The notes beneath the pieces are model-generated. The model was not told where the DNA came from and made no database searches. It worked only from the letters and a program-made list of their open reading frames with translations. Both the position numbers and the translations under genes were made by a program. This document shows positions 1-22,882 of a stretch of 64,000 nt of DNA, in pieces. Source of the stretch: Paragordius varius (taxonomy: Eukaryota; Animalia; Nematomorpha); NCBI GenBank assembly GCA_964247055.1, contig OZ176052.1:7254001-7318000 (forward strand). The letters are read 5' to 3'. Within the stretch, counting starts at the first letter, position 1. Each line of letters begins with the position of its first letter.

Positions 1-1710
1 TTTTAAAATTTTTATTTAAAATAAACTTAAAGACGAACGAATTTTTTTGATGACAATTCTGAACTATTTCTTTTTTTCTACGCGATGACATTTTACGATA
101 GTTTTCTACTCTAGATACTGTTTTAAATGATGTTTAAAATTTAATCATAAAATTCTCTTCTATCTATTAGATAAATTAATTATGACATTTGTGATTCACA
201 AATATTGAAAGAAAAAAAATTGCGGAGAAAAAGTGAGACATTTTTCTTACATTTTTTTAAAAAAATTGTATCATGCGTCTAAAAGGCTGAAGAGAGCATA
301 TTTTTAAATTTGGCTCAATGCATAAAATATTTTTTGAAGAAATAAAAATGGCTCTGGGGTAAAAAACTAAGCCAAAAGGTCTATCATTAAGTACGCTTTG
401 ACAAGATATTGTTAAAAGAGGAAGGTGTGATAAAAAAATTTTTGACATGACTTGGAGGGTTTTAAATCATGGCTTGCTTTCATGTGATAAAATTTAATAA
501 TAGAGACCTAAGTCAGGCAAGAAAACTTGGGAGGTGATAAAAAATCATATGATCAATTAAAACTTAAAGATTTTCCAAGTGTGGTGTAGGTTACACTTGA
601 TAGAATAAAAAATATGGATAAAATTATTTGTAAAATATTTATTTATATAATTTAGGTTTTATATGTATAAAACCTTTGTTAATGCTATAAAATGTTTGAT
701 AATTTTTTGCTAATTTACCTACACAAATTAGGTAACTACAAAGGCGAGAAAATTCTGCTAAAGCAATACATATAAAAATGTGCTAAATTTAATTTCTATG
801 AACCCGTAAAAAAATAAAAATATCATAGAATTATTAAATATTAATTATTTAAAATTGTCAAATCTTCGTTTTACATAAAATAATTAAAGCTATACTTCAC
901 CATTAAAACATTTAAAGATTATACGATCATAAATTTATTTCTGTAATGTTAATATAATCAATTAAAAATAATATGTTGTATAAACAATTGGACTCTTAAC
1001 AAAATGAATAGTGTGGTAAAATAATAGAGTGTTTAAAAGTAAATGGTTTCTTCAACTTTAAAATTTCAGTTACCTGGCTCAATGTTAAAAAAATCAATTT
1101 AAATAAGATACGTGCCATTGAGTTAAAACATTTGAATAAATGCATATTGTCTTGATTATTTAACTTTTTGTGCCTTATTTCGTAAGTTTTGGCTGAAAAC
1201 GATCAAAAAGATTTCCGTATATGAATTGGGTGGCGAAATTAAGCAAAACACTTGACTTAATCGTTTTTTTATCCCCGATCTAGAAGTGTACTGCTGGCTT
1301 AAGTAAACTTGTTCAATCTAGCTTGACTTACGAGTCAAGTTGGACTTATGACCCCAACCTAAATATTTGAGCAAAGATACCATTTTTTCAAAAATAACTT
1401 TTTTCTGATGTGTATAGTATATTAGATATTGCTATGGCACTATCTCGTATATTTATGTTTACACTAAGAAAACTAGCTTACTTTGAGGGGCTAGGACGCG
1501 TAACACTTTTGAAGACCATTTAACAAATATATGTGGAATTACTCTTTAACACTTCAAATGTAATTGTAACTGGTGACTCTAAATCATCTTTAAAAATATA
1601 TTATTAAAAATTTACCGATTGGCTACAGTTAAAATTTTTGATTAATCCTAATAAATATAATAAGCCAAAATATTTAAATAAAATTTAGTTTTTAAAAAAC
1701 CCCACATTTA

Positions 1711-2293
1711 CACTTGGATACAACACATTCATTTTAGTCCTTCGATTCAAATTGGGTTAGTTAAATACCCCAAGCCTGTTTAATATTAAATTCTTTAAAA
1801 AATATGGAAGGAATATAAACCATGGCAAAATCTTGGTCTTATATAACATTAATAAACCGAAATATATAAAAAATTTTATTCAAAAATACTTGATACTACT
1901 TATTATAAGCTAAATCCGAAAGGTAAAAATTTGGTCTCAACGTGACATGTGTGCAATGGTAAAATTGAAGAATAGTATAAAATAAACACCTTTTTTTATT
2001 TCTATCAATGTTATATGTAATTTAAATAAAAAATTAGCTTTAATTTTACCCTAAAAATTATATGAAGACGATATTTTGCAAAAATTTTGTAAAATAAAAA
2101 TGGCGTCGAAGTAGTTTGACATGGAACTTTTTTTTCAAAATAAAATTTTATTTAGATATTTTGGCATATTTATATAATTTTTATTAGGATAGAAGCATAA
2201 ATTTAAATTGGGACCGTTTCCTTCAGTAGTTTTTAAAAATCCTAACTCCAATTTAGTCTGGGGTATTTAGATACCCCAATTTGAATCGAAGTG
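1711..2293. mobile_element. TTAA-specific (piggyBac-like) non-autonomous element, copy A
   Basis: Ends CACTT...AAGTG, flanked by TTTA (1707-1710) and TTAA (2294-2297); subterminal inverted repeat CTTCGATTCAAATTGGG / CCCAATTTGAATCGAAG; clearly homologous to 19997-21002. Confidence 0.7.
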
Positions 2294-3049
2294 TTAAACT
2301 ACTTTGGGGTCATTATTATTTTACAAAATTTTTGTAAAATATTTTTTGATTGTAATACCAAAATTAAAGTTAGTTTTTTATTAAATTCACATTCAATATT
2401 AATATAAAAGAATTGGTGTTTTGCATTATTTTAATATTTTATTGACGCACCCATGTAATGTTAAATTTTTGTGAAATTTATCCATTAAATAAGTAAAATC
2501 AAGCTTAAATTAATTTTTTGTATACGGTTCACGAATGTATTTTACAATGGTAAATTTTAAAGTATTTGATTTTATATAGGCCTAGTGTCACTAATTACCC
2601 CAATTAATCAAACTGAAATGAATGAATCCCAGTGTTAAATAATAATAATTTCATGAGATTTTTGAATAAAGTACTCAATTTTTCAGAATAATTTATAACC
2701 ATATAGATAGTTTGGCTAATATAAATTAACTACCACAAAAGTAGAAAAAACTTTTATAAACTCCTATGACCAGAATTAAAAGCACGACTAATAAATTTAC
2801 ATATATATTTCATCTGAATACTTGATTAGCGCACTGTCCAACCCTTATTTAATGCTTTTAGGAAAACTCAATAACATTGATTAACAGACCTATATATTTT
2901 TTATTAAGAAAAGTATTATTTGATTAATTAAACTCTACATTTATAATCTTTATCCAACTCAATCTTTAACCCTCTGTCCAAATATATATTTATACCAGAT
3001 GAATATCTAACATTCCAATCATCACATGGCCAAATCGTTTTAATAAAAT

Positions 3050-11683
<8,634 letters not shown>

Positions 11684-12859
11684 GTTTCAATATGAAATTG
11701 TATTTGATTAATCCATGGTTACAAGGCGCGTCTATGTAATAACGCTTTTGTATTGCCCAATTTTGCATTTATTTTAATTTATTATCATTTATTCATATAA
11801 ACAATCATTTAATGCATACTATAAATTTTAATTAGATGGACCAATCATGCCTCAAATGTCATTTTGTATGTAAACATAATATATTTTTATAATTTTTGAT
11901 ACTGATTTTATCATATATATTAATTTATAAATGAAAAATTGTAAATGTGTATTTTTTAACTATTTGATGGGGGCTTGATGGTATTTTGTAAATAATCATA
12001 CAATTATTATATTTTGAGTAAGCTTATAACTTCACATAAAAGTAGCGATAAAATCAACAACAGCTATCCAAGTTTTTAGTCAAAAATGTGTTTTGAGTCA
12101 ATTTAAAGGGTATAAGAGCAATAGGATTATTTGATCGTAATAATGGAAAACGAAAACTAAACGAACCGTCTTTATCGATATATTTAAAGTAATGGACAAC
12201 CTAAAAATTTAAAATATATAAAAATTACATGAACTTTTCTAAAAAAATGTTAATGTCCCTTTGGACATACATCCTTATGAAAGTTAATTAGTAATTACTG
12301 AGACGGGAAAAAAGTTTAATTTCAAAACATGCATGAAAATAACACACGATAAAATTGTCGGTAAAAGCATGGATAAAAAATATTAAAATTTAAATACCAA
12401 TAAAAATATCGGTGTTATTTGTAGGAGGTAATTATGGGTTAAAGGAATGGCTCTGTTTTTATAACTACATCAAATAACTGAATCCGCGTGCATTATCAAA
12501 AAAAATTTTTTTACAAGAAAAACCAAATATTTTAATATATAGTCCAAAAAACGGTTATTCAATGCGTGATAGCCAAAAATATAAATACGAAGTTTATTTT
12601 CACAGCATCAATTCTGAAAACGCTTATATTTTGACGTGTTAATTTTATTATGATGCCAATATACAAATACCTCTTTTAAAATGGGATATTTTTTTGAAGT
12701 GCTTTAACGCACTTTATTTAGTTTTTTCCGCAAGGGGCCTCCTTTAATTTAGGTACATAAACGTAATTCAACGAATCCAATAAATTTCCTATGTTTAATT
12801 AAAGAGAAATTAACAATATTAATTTTAAATGTGCATCCTGTGCAGAATACTTTCAATGC

Positions 12860-12907
12860 ATTTCCAGAGACAATTGAAATTGTATCATCATTCCGTGTCT
12901 ACGAGAT

Positions 12908-12944
<37 letters not shown>

Positions 12945-13120
12945 TTTGGCGATCTAAAAGATGCAATATTCCGTTGAATTAGATAAGTGGGCTTAATTAT
13001 TATATATTTCACAAATAAGAGTTTGAATTCCCAGAAAATTAATATTTACAAAATAAGAATAAGGCTCTCTATGGCATTTAGTACAGAAACCTGGGCACTG
13101 ACGCAACGAACGCTTATGAA
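12860..13120 (+). mobile_element. Decayed LINE (RTE-like) reverse transcriptase C-terminal fragment
   Basis: Translation IEIVSSF...KINIYKIRIRLSMAFSTETWALTQ resembles the RTE-type TKLxIYKTLIRPVLxYGxETWTLT segment; interrupted by stops and a (TA)n tract. Confidence 0.42.
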
Positions 13121-13129
13121 TGTCTAGAG

Positions 13130-13309
13130 CAGGGGCCACCATGCGGCCCTCCAATTTTTTTCTAAATGAGTCTATCCAATTGGCAAGAACTACAAAAAAT
13201 ATTACGTTTGAATTTTGCAGTTTTATGTTGGATATCTGATAAATTCTTAAAGAATGCCCATATATATTTCAAATGCGGCCCGCGAAAGTATTTGTGTTAA
13301 ACACATCTG
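13130..13309. mobile_element. 180-bp hAT-type MITE
   Basis: Ends CAGGGG...CATCTG, internal TGCGGCCC twice, flanked by GTCTAGAG (13122-13129) and GCCTAGAG (13310-13317), a 7/8 8-bp TSD with central CTAG typical of Charlie-like hATs. Confidence 0.7.
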
Positions 13310-14541
13310 GCCTAGAGCCAAAAATATAATTTTGAATTATGTGACAGATAGATTGATAGCTGTTGTCAAGGAAATCCCAGATATATCTTCTTGACGGGAT
13401 TATTTTTGATCAATTATTTTAGATAATTTTTTGTCTAATCAATCAACGGGTTTTAGATCTGGGAATGTTGTTGTCCCATGTTATCAATGGGCGACCCTTT
13501 CTTTTTTTGTTTGGCTTTGAATTTATTATAATTTTTATCCATTTTAAATTATGCATGACTGAAGTAGCCTAGTCACAGATTTGAATATATTTTATTAATA
13601 ACTAGTCTGTTTATCTTTGCGGCTGTTTTATTTGAATATTTTTTAGTTCCATATCGTCCAGAATATTCTTTTAAATTTATTCATTTGCCGTGTTTCACAT
13701 ATGTTGTCTTGGGCCTGACACCAATCGTGTTTTTTGTTAAACAATAATTTTTAATAATCCCACCAAACAACTGGATAATGTTATAGCACCATCTTTTACG
13801 CTATTAGAAAACATATACAGCGCATTATTTAATTGGAGTAAAATATACAGTTAAACATCAAAAGCCCGCATAAAAAACCACCTCAAACTTACTTTGACCG
13901 AATAACTGACCCTATATTTATCACAATTTGTTATATAAAACCAATACTTTTTACAAGGGAACTTTCCAGTAAGTTGGCTCAAGAATAACCCATATTTTGG
14001 GACAAATCGGTGTATTTATCAAACAAATATAATCAAGTGACAATTTATTCTAAAAACATTTATACAATAGCTAATTAATTGTTTAAATTTGCACAATAAG
14101 GAAAAAGGCAATTTCGCATAAATAAATTTTAAATGTTAATTTAAAAATTAAAGAAATAATACAATATAATAGAAAGAGTATTTAAATCCCTATAACCTGA
14201 ATCGTGATTTGTCCTTTGTTACAGTTTAAATGTTTATTTATATGAAAAAATAAAATATAAATTTGATATGATGTATGGACTAATTTTAGATCTTTCAAAA
14301 GTCATCAAAAAATTAAATTCCAATAGAATAGCTTGGAAGGAATTTGATTTGTGGAATCCGCCCTAAATTTATATAATAATTATTATTTAAATTATACATA
14401 TGGTAACTAATATATTTATACTATATATCACAAATAATCCATAAAATATATCAATAAAAATGATTAATTATAAAAATGTATAAAAACAGAATAACAATAA
14501 AACTAAAAATAATGATCAAGTATAAAAATTTGATAAGATTA

Positions 14542-17500
14542 TTAATTTATTTGAAAGTCTAAGATATTTTTGAGAGAAACTGTATAAAACATTGTATAAT
14601 AAGTGAATTCTCACCATGTTTTTCCGAGCAAAATGTTTCAAACGGAGCTGCCATTCGTGCAACAATACTCATGAAATGGGTTATGGAACATAGTTCACTT
14701 TCAGAACCCGGTAATTTTATTGGCTATAATAGTTTAAAATATTTTGTAATTTTTTGTAATAATTTCAAATTAAATAAACAATATAACATTTGTTTCGTTT
14801 AAAAAATCTTTTTTATCAATATAAATAAAATAATGTGCTACGTTTTAATATTTAGCAACGAAAATATGTCACAACATAATTCAAAAACCGACTTGCTTAA
14901 TAATGTTACCAGCAAAGTCATAACCATTAATTATATATTTTGAGATTAGTAAAAAAGGGGTAACTAATAATTTCAATTAGAATCAGAATACTATATTATT
15001 AAATTTACTATATAAAGTTTATTGAGAAAATTTATAAATTTGCCTTTTCATAAACTCTCAATCCAATTGCACTTAGTGCATAAAAAATTATTTTTGAACT
15101 CAGAATAATTAATATAAATAGCACGTTTTCTTAGCACATATGTATACCTGGCCCATATAAAGAACACGTATCCATGCTTGCTTTTTGTCATCCTCATAAA
15201 GTTCAAACACCAAATCTGAAGCGAAGGGAACCCAAGCCCGAAAATTTCCCAAAACCATAAGCATAGGATTTAGGGTAGAATCATGGATTGCATATAGAGC
15301 CATTTTATAAAATCTTTTCGCAAAAAATAGTATATAATAAAAACGATAGTATATATATTTACCAATAATTTAAAACAACTTAATAAAACTGGCCTATAAA
15401 GCAATAATGTTTAAGGACTTTCACGATTCCTAAATATCGTCATAAAAATTATTTTTTTTTGTTTTTTCTGATATCTGTAGAATCACCAAAATATTTTCAT
15501 AAAAAACTTTTACAAAATTATATTGACTAACCCGGAACATGTCATAGCTGATCGCATGTTAGCTAAAATGGTATCTAACACAGGTCCTATCGACCACCGT
15601 AAACTGTGCCGAAACCTATAATATATTTTATTCATATAGATATTTATGTCCATTTGAAAAAGACTTTTAAAAAATATCCAATAATAACGAATTACGTATG
15701 TTTGTCCAAGTGTAATAACATGTTATAACTTTGATGAACATATTTTTCAAATTTGGCCATCCATTCGTCCCAATCAACGGCAATGGGTAAGGGTTTTGGC
15801 AAATCGTGTGCCTAATATACATATTTAATGATAAATTTCCTTCAAAGACATGCATGTTGAATATATTGCAAAATATGTCAACTCAAATAAAATAAAATTA
15901 TTTTTATCACGAAAATAAAAAACGTTAGAAATATAATTTATACGGAAATATGGTAAAGTTATATAAACTGTTTTTTGTGTTTTATTTAAAAAAATATGTT
16001 TATTGATATTATATAAATATTTAATTTTACATCCATAGCCTTCATAGTATCATATATTTCAGTAACTGTGACATTACAATCTTTGGGAATACCTAAAACA
16101 CAAATAACATATTATGTAATCAAATTTCAATACTAATTTAAAAGTGGAAAAGTACAATTTTAAAAATTGAAAACGTCGAAAAGGTCGTATTGTATATAAT
16201 AATAATATGCTTATTACGTAAAAGCTTTTTGAATATTTCTAGATCTTTAGTGTAGGATGGTAGTGTATCCATAGCTTTAATGTATGCATTGATAACTTCA
16301 ATTAGAGGTGAACATATCCTTGGATTGGGAAACATAAATTCTCGGCCCAAATCTTCGACCGCTATAATTATTTCTTTGCTATCTAAAATAAATATAAATA
16401 GGAAACAATTATTAGTTTTAATGGTTTTCTACGTAGTTAATAGTAACATTCGAAAAAATTTGTACGCTTTATTTTTATTTTATCATTTCCATACCATAAC
16501 CTATGTAAAATGTGTCCAATTAAAAATCTGATAATAAATAACTGCCCAAATGCTGAAGAATTTTTGCATAAGTTATAATGTATTTACCAGGGCTTGGAAC
16601 CGAAACCGCACGGAACCGGAACCCGATTCCTGGGATATTAACAAGAAGCGGTTCCATTGGGATAAAACCAACGCGGTTCCGGTTCCACCCCCTTAATTAC
16701 TAGTTCCCATATGATTTTTATTATAAAAATTTAATTTTATTATTTAAATTTGATTGTACCACTACATATTACATATTTCAAACTTAAAACCTAAAACTAA
16801 GCGCCTAATATCATATTAACGATACTCTCTGAATTTTGGGCGATTCGGCTCTTCTAAAAAAACTGTCATAAGTCGAGTTTATTTATAATACATATATTCG
16901 TATATGTATGGTCTCCGTTGAAAGGAGTTTTTTTCACCCTTAATTTAATTTTCAGACCTGAGACGCAGTTTTACCAGCGAATTGCTTGGTACAATAATTT
17001 TTTAAAGTTAAATTAAGATTTTTTAGAATGTCATAGTCAATTTAACTCTCAATTTATTTATTTGTACTAATACATTTTCCTATTTTATTTTTATAATTTG
17101 TTTAATTTATTATGCTATACAAAATTTTTCACTAATACATTTGGCGATTTCTAATAAATTATTTGATTTTTAATTTTTTATATTTTGGTTTTATTATAAT
17201 AATAATAATTTTGATCAAAAGTCAGGTACCGGTTCTAAACGTAAAGAGCCGGTTCCGGAACCGCAAAATTTTTAAAAAACCAACGCGGTTCCGGTTCCAC
17301 TTTTTTGAACCGGTTCCAAGCCCTGAATTTACCCAAAATAAGAAAAATAGTATATAAACGATATAATAATTTGAAATTATAGACCTATTAAACTTAGATG
17401 ATCATCTTAAACACCATTTTTTTATTTGATGTTTGATGACCAATATTTTAAATTAAATTTTGGGAAAGGGCAATGTATTTTTTAATATTAACTCCCAAAA

Positions 17501-19268
17501 CTTTATTTTATATGATAAAACACGTCTATAAAATTTCATAAATATTATTGATCATGTATATCTTTAAATAAAATATCTCCCATGCAATTTTTTATACCAT
17601 TAAATTAATAACAATATATTTATTAGAAAAATGTTAGGGATTACCCGTTTAGTCCTATGATATTATATACGATATAAAAGATTCTCGATTAGACAATAAT
17701 AAAATACCGCTTGAAATACATTAATCGAGAATCAAAAATTATCCCCTTGGACAAAAAAACTTAATTGATCATCAAATATAATGCAGCACGAACTAAAAGG
17801 AAAGTAAAATACCGTAATAGCATCATGCAATAAGTTATGGATTGAAACATTAACGAACAATAAATTAACATTTTATCATCCTTTGAGTTTTTAAACATGA
17901 TTAGTTGATTAATTATATAAAATATATGACGCATATGCGGAGAAAGCAATTTATATATGTATGTACCGTCGTTATGTAATTTGACTGGCGCTTCAAACAT
18001 TGAACTTATGAGAACATGTGATGAATGCTTCATTCGATCTATATTCGTGCATCTTGCACTGAAAACAAAAAAGAAACAAGTTTAAAAAAGTTTTAAAATA
18101 TATTATAAATTAATTTCCAAAATTAATGTTTTGCCAAACACACTATGGCACTTAATTAGGCATGACAAAAAAATATTTTTAAATAAAAATGTTTTGTGAA
18201 AATGCCATGTGGTACATAAAATAGCCATTGTGCAAATAAATTCATATTAAGAGTTCAAATTTTAATTATTTTCATTCAAATCTACGATAAATAGGTGAAG
18301 GTCATATAAAAGTATAAAATTTTTGCTTAATATTTAATTTAAACAAATCACTTATATTTGACCTAGACAGTTTAAAGGAGACAAGTATATAAGCATCCAA
18401 AAAACTCATCCCTATATTTAGCATTAAAACAAATTGCCATCAAGTTATTGTATTAAATATTTATTATGCAAAAATCCAAAATATTACACAATAATAAATA
18501 ACATATGTACTTACTAAACTTGGTGATGGTTAAAAGTAGAATCCACAAACGGACGATTGACAATATATTCTTGTCTCAATCGCTGACCCAAAGCAAAGAT
18601 TTGTTTGTGACCAAGGGCAGTTAAGAGACCAGCAGAAGTACCTCCCTAAATATGGATAAAAAACGAGACAACTATAAAATACTGAACACCTATATTATTA
18701 TTTTAATGTTCATAAATACAAAATTAAACAGTAAACATTTAACACTTACATTAAATACAATATCTTTATTCTTTAAATCTTCTTCAATCGATTCATCAAC
18801 AGGATTACCCATAAAATTAACCCATTTACATGGTAATTTGGTAAATTTGTGAGCATCAGTAAACAAATCCGATTTCCATTCTGTCTAAATTTATACAATG
18901 CAATTCAAAATGTTAATCATATATTAGAAGTATAAAAGCATAAATAAATACAATAACTATCACACCTCTCCCAATAAGCCTGGTAAACGTTTAAGAGGTG
19001 TACGGGCTCCATGCCGGTAAAATACTTGAACATTTATTAGCGTTAAATTGTTAAAATCAGGAATTTCATTAGCCTTAGGATCGGGTTTGAATTTTCCCGG
19101 ATAATATGTAATATTATTATCTACTATGGCAGAAGAATATGATAAAGAATCTGCATAAACACGTAATGGACTAAGTTTGGGCTTTATCTTTTTTTCATAT
19201 ATATAAAAAACGCCTAATGAAGCTAAGGGAGAAGAATATAAAAGAAATTTGTCGGATAAAAATTTCAT
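14542..19268 (-). CDS. ACP6: Histidine acid phosphatase, lysophosphatidic acid phosphatase type 6-like, 11 exons, ~459 aa
   Basis: Exons (minus) 19268-18966, 18884-18750, 18645-18515, 18058-17967, 16382-16218, 16092-16031, 15811-15696, 15615-15532, 15313-15148, 14723-14615, 14558-14542; total 1380 nt. Catalytic VQVFYRHGARTP (RHGxRxP) and YAIHDST (HD); GLLTALGHKQIFALGQRLRQEY and EFMFPNPRIC resemble ACP6. Last 56-nt intron is uncertain. Confidence 0.88.
16588..17325. mobile_element. hAT-derived MITE (CAGGGCTTGGAACCG TIR family) in ACP6 intron 4
   Basis: Perfect 15-bp TIR CAGGGCTTGGAACCG / CGGTTCCAAGCCCTG; flanks TATTTAC(C)/AATTTACC resemble an 8-bp TSD; reverse-complement homologue of 54640-55608. 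Confidence 0.85.
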
Positions 19269-19996
19269 TTAACTTTTGTTAAAAATAAACTGCTCATAAG
19301 TGGTTTCATAATAACTTTGAATCACATGACGGTTATTTAATTTGACATAAGCCAATCTCCAGATTCTTAATTATATTTATAATATAGCTATGTAATTTAA
19401 TAATTATTCTATATCTTTATTATAATTAATTCGTTATACTAGTGTGTATTTATTTATGTTGCATATTGGTTAAAAATAATACGGCATAGTAAGTTTTTAA
19501 TTTGCGATCTGAATATTAACGTTGAATACAATACATAGTGATCCCAAGCCGGTATAAAATCACACAGAAAATATTAATATATTAAACTATTGCAAAATAA
19601 TATAGCATTTATGAACCCAAATCAAAAAAGATATTTATTTAGAAAAACTAAATATTACTTTTTTATGGATATATCCGGAGGAGGGGGGAATAGGGTCAAC
19701 ATAAAATGTGTGCAGTAGTTAAAAAACAAAATAGAAATAAACCTCTCTTATTGGTTCTTACGAGTGTTATAAAATTTTACTTTTATAGTAAGCGCCATAT
19801 CAAAAAATGAGAAAATTTGAGCAAATTTTTTTAATACTTTTTTTTCGGTGAAAGCCAAATGCTTCATTCTAAAAAAAGCATTAAAAATATATCATATAAA
19901 CAACCTATAAAAAGTGTTTTTTTTTAATTTTAATTTTTAGATGCAGGTTCCGAAAGTGCCATATTTTTTCGTTCTTCTAAAAAATAGTTCTTTTAA

Positions 19997-21002
19997 CACT
20001 TGGATACAACGCATTCATTCAGTCCTTCGATTCAAATTTGGGTAGTCGATACCCCAGGATTGTTTAAATTAAATATTTGAAAAAATATGGAATAAATGGA
20101 AATCATTGCAAATTTTCGCTCTTTATAACATTACTAAAAGGAAATATAAGAAAAAATTTGTTTTAAAATACTCATATTACTTATTCAGAGGCACACCCAA
20201 AGGTAAAAATTTACCTAATATTACCTCTGTGCATAAGCTAAATGTACACATAATGCAAAAATATACCACATTTTCTGTTTATATCAATGATAAATATGAT
20301 TTTAATAAAAATGTAAACTTAATTCCAGGCATTCAAATAATTGAAAAAATGTTGAAATATAAAAATGAAATATTTTGATACGGTTATTGGATATTTTGGT
20401 TTATTTATATAATTTTTTTTATTATAGAAGCATAAATTTAGCACTTGGATAAAACTTATTCATTTTAGACCTTCGATTCAAATTGGGGTAGTTAAATACC
20501 TCAGGCCTGTTTAAAATTAAATTCTTTAAAAAGTATGGAAGGAATCGAAACCATGGCAAAATTTTGCACTTATATAACATTAATAAACCGAAATATATAA
20601 AAAAATTCATTCAAAAATACTTGATATTACTTATTTTAAGCTAAAACCGAAGGGTAAAAATTTAGTCAACGTGACATGTGTGCACTGGTGAAATTGAAAA
20701 ATAATACAAAATTAATCGCTTTTTTATTTCTATCAATGTTGATGTAATTTAAACAAAAAATTAGCTTTAATTATACCCTTAAAATTAAATGAAGACAATA
20801 TTTTGCGAAAATTTTGCAAATTAAAAATGGCGACGAAGTAGTTTGACATGATTTTTTTTAAAAACAAAATTTTATTTAGATATTTTGGCATTTTTATATA
20901 ATTCATAAATTTAAAGTGGGACAGTTTCTTTCTGTAGTTTTTTCAAAATATCAATTTAAATATTGTCTGGGTTATTAAGATACCCCAATTTGAATCGAAA
21001 TG
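19997..21002. mobile_element. Head-to-tail dimer of the piggyBac-like element (truncated copy 19997-~20438 plus full copy 20442-21002)
   Basis: TTAA at 19993-19996 and 21003-21006; both units start CACTTGGATA; second unit aligns end to end with 1711-2293. Confidence 0.72.
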
Positions 21003-22761
21003 TTAAAATAAACGCAAAAAATCCGGGATAGCGCGATAAAAAAATTGAATATGCACTTTGTATCAAATAAAATGTTGAAATATATATATATATATATATT
21101 CTGAAAAGAAAAATATATCGGGATTATAATAGTGCTTTTGGTTTTGGCCCTTACGAATGAGATAAGAAAGTTATTTAAAATATTGTGTAAGGTGCCATAT
21201 CAGTAAATGGCAAAAATTGAGCACATTTTTTGTAAATATTTTTGGGGAAGGCTGAATGCTTCATTCCAAAATATCATTAAGAATATATCAATTACATATA
21301 AAAAGTATTTTTTCGCCTCTCTAAAATGGGCTAGTTTTTTTAAAAAAAGTAAAGATTCCGATATCGCGAGATAAAAGGTTTAAATATCTACTGTGTCTAA
21401 AAAACCTGAATATATCTGTAAGAATATATCGGGATTTTAATGATTTTCGCTTGCGAGTGATATAAAAAAGTTGTGTACACTTTGTGGTAAGTGCTCAATA
21501 TCAGGAAATGGCAAATTTGAGCACATTTTTTATAATGAAATTCTTTTGGTGAAAGTCTCACTTAGATCATCTCCCTATAAAAAGCCTACAATATGTTTAA
21601 AATATCATTTTTAGCTGTGCGTTTCAAAAGTCCTAGATAATTTCGCTCTTAAAAGTGGGTGTCTTGCGCGATGATATTTTTAAACTTAAGCTAAATTTAA
21701 CATAACAATTTTTTAAAAAAAATACTTTTTAGCAATATTTCGTTGAAGCGAACTTCATCCTATTTTTAGGCATAAAGGTAACAGATAAAAAAGATCAAAA
21801 AACATTTTCACTATAATTCGATGAGGCTCAACCTTTCTATCACCTCAGAATTATGATTAAAATATTCATTCGTCTTTAAATACATATGGAATATAAATTG
21901 GATTTTTTATAAAAATTCAGGAAAATTTAAAACAATCCTTTAAACAAATTCTGAAGCGATATAAATTTTCAGCATCAAATTATATAGAAAAAAGTTCTGA
22001 TAAGAAATTAAAGTATTATACCATTCCGTCTTGCCTAATACAGTGTGAATTACACTTCTACAAAATTTTAATAACTAAATTTTTGTAAAAACATCATAAT
22101 TTAGCATACATTTAAAAATTTTATCGCACAATCCCAGTTTAACATTTAAAGAACTACCCTGTTTTAAAGAGCGAAAAAATTGAGACTTTCAGAACCTACA
22201 TATAAAACATTTAGCTTTTACCAAAAATATTTCATTACAAATGCCATTTTATGATATGGAGCACTTACCACAAAAGTGTAAATAACTTTCTTATATAACT
22301 CGTAAGGGCCAAAACCAAAAGTAGCAAGAAAATCTTGATACATTTTCCAATCAAAATATAAATACCTCTAAAAGGTTTTTCTTGTGACCGCAGTGTTCAC
22401 TTAATTACCTTTTTATTTTGTCCTTTAGATATTAGGTTAGTTTTATATCCCAGAGCTCAATTTTGTAAAATACAGTTTTCATGGTTTCTTTAGTTCAAAT
22501 ATTAAACACTGTTCTTATGCTATAGATAAAAAAGCTTATGTTTTTAAGGTTTATGACTTCTAGAGTTTAAAATTAAACGTGATTGAAAACAGTCGATTAT
22601 TACATCAAAATATCAAGTTTTTGTCGGTAAAATATAGCCTGAAAGCCAGGTATTGATGTACCTTTAACCATAATAAGCTTTTATTCTGTTACATTAGCTT
22701 TAAAAAAAATAATAAAATAAACGGCGGAAAAAGTTTGAAATAAGGATTTTTTTGTATATTA

Positions 22762-22882
22762 TTGATGAAAAAATGTTGCGTTTGGATGAAAAATGTTGTT
22801 TTGGATTAAAAAAATGTTACCTTTGCTTGAAAAAATGTTGCGTTTGGTTAAAAAATTGTTGTGTTTAATTGAAATATGTTTT
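22762..22882. repeat. ~21-bp A-tract minisatellite (AAAAAATGTTGCGTTTGGATG), 6 copies
   Basis: ATGTT core at 22773, 22793, 22814, 22835, 22856, 22876. Confidence 0.85.

Noticed and set aside
1320-1341. Perfect hairpin CTTGACT-TACG-AGTCAAG as a Helitron end or RNA element
   Set aside because: No CTRR terminus at the expected distance and no other supporting context.
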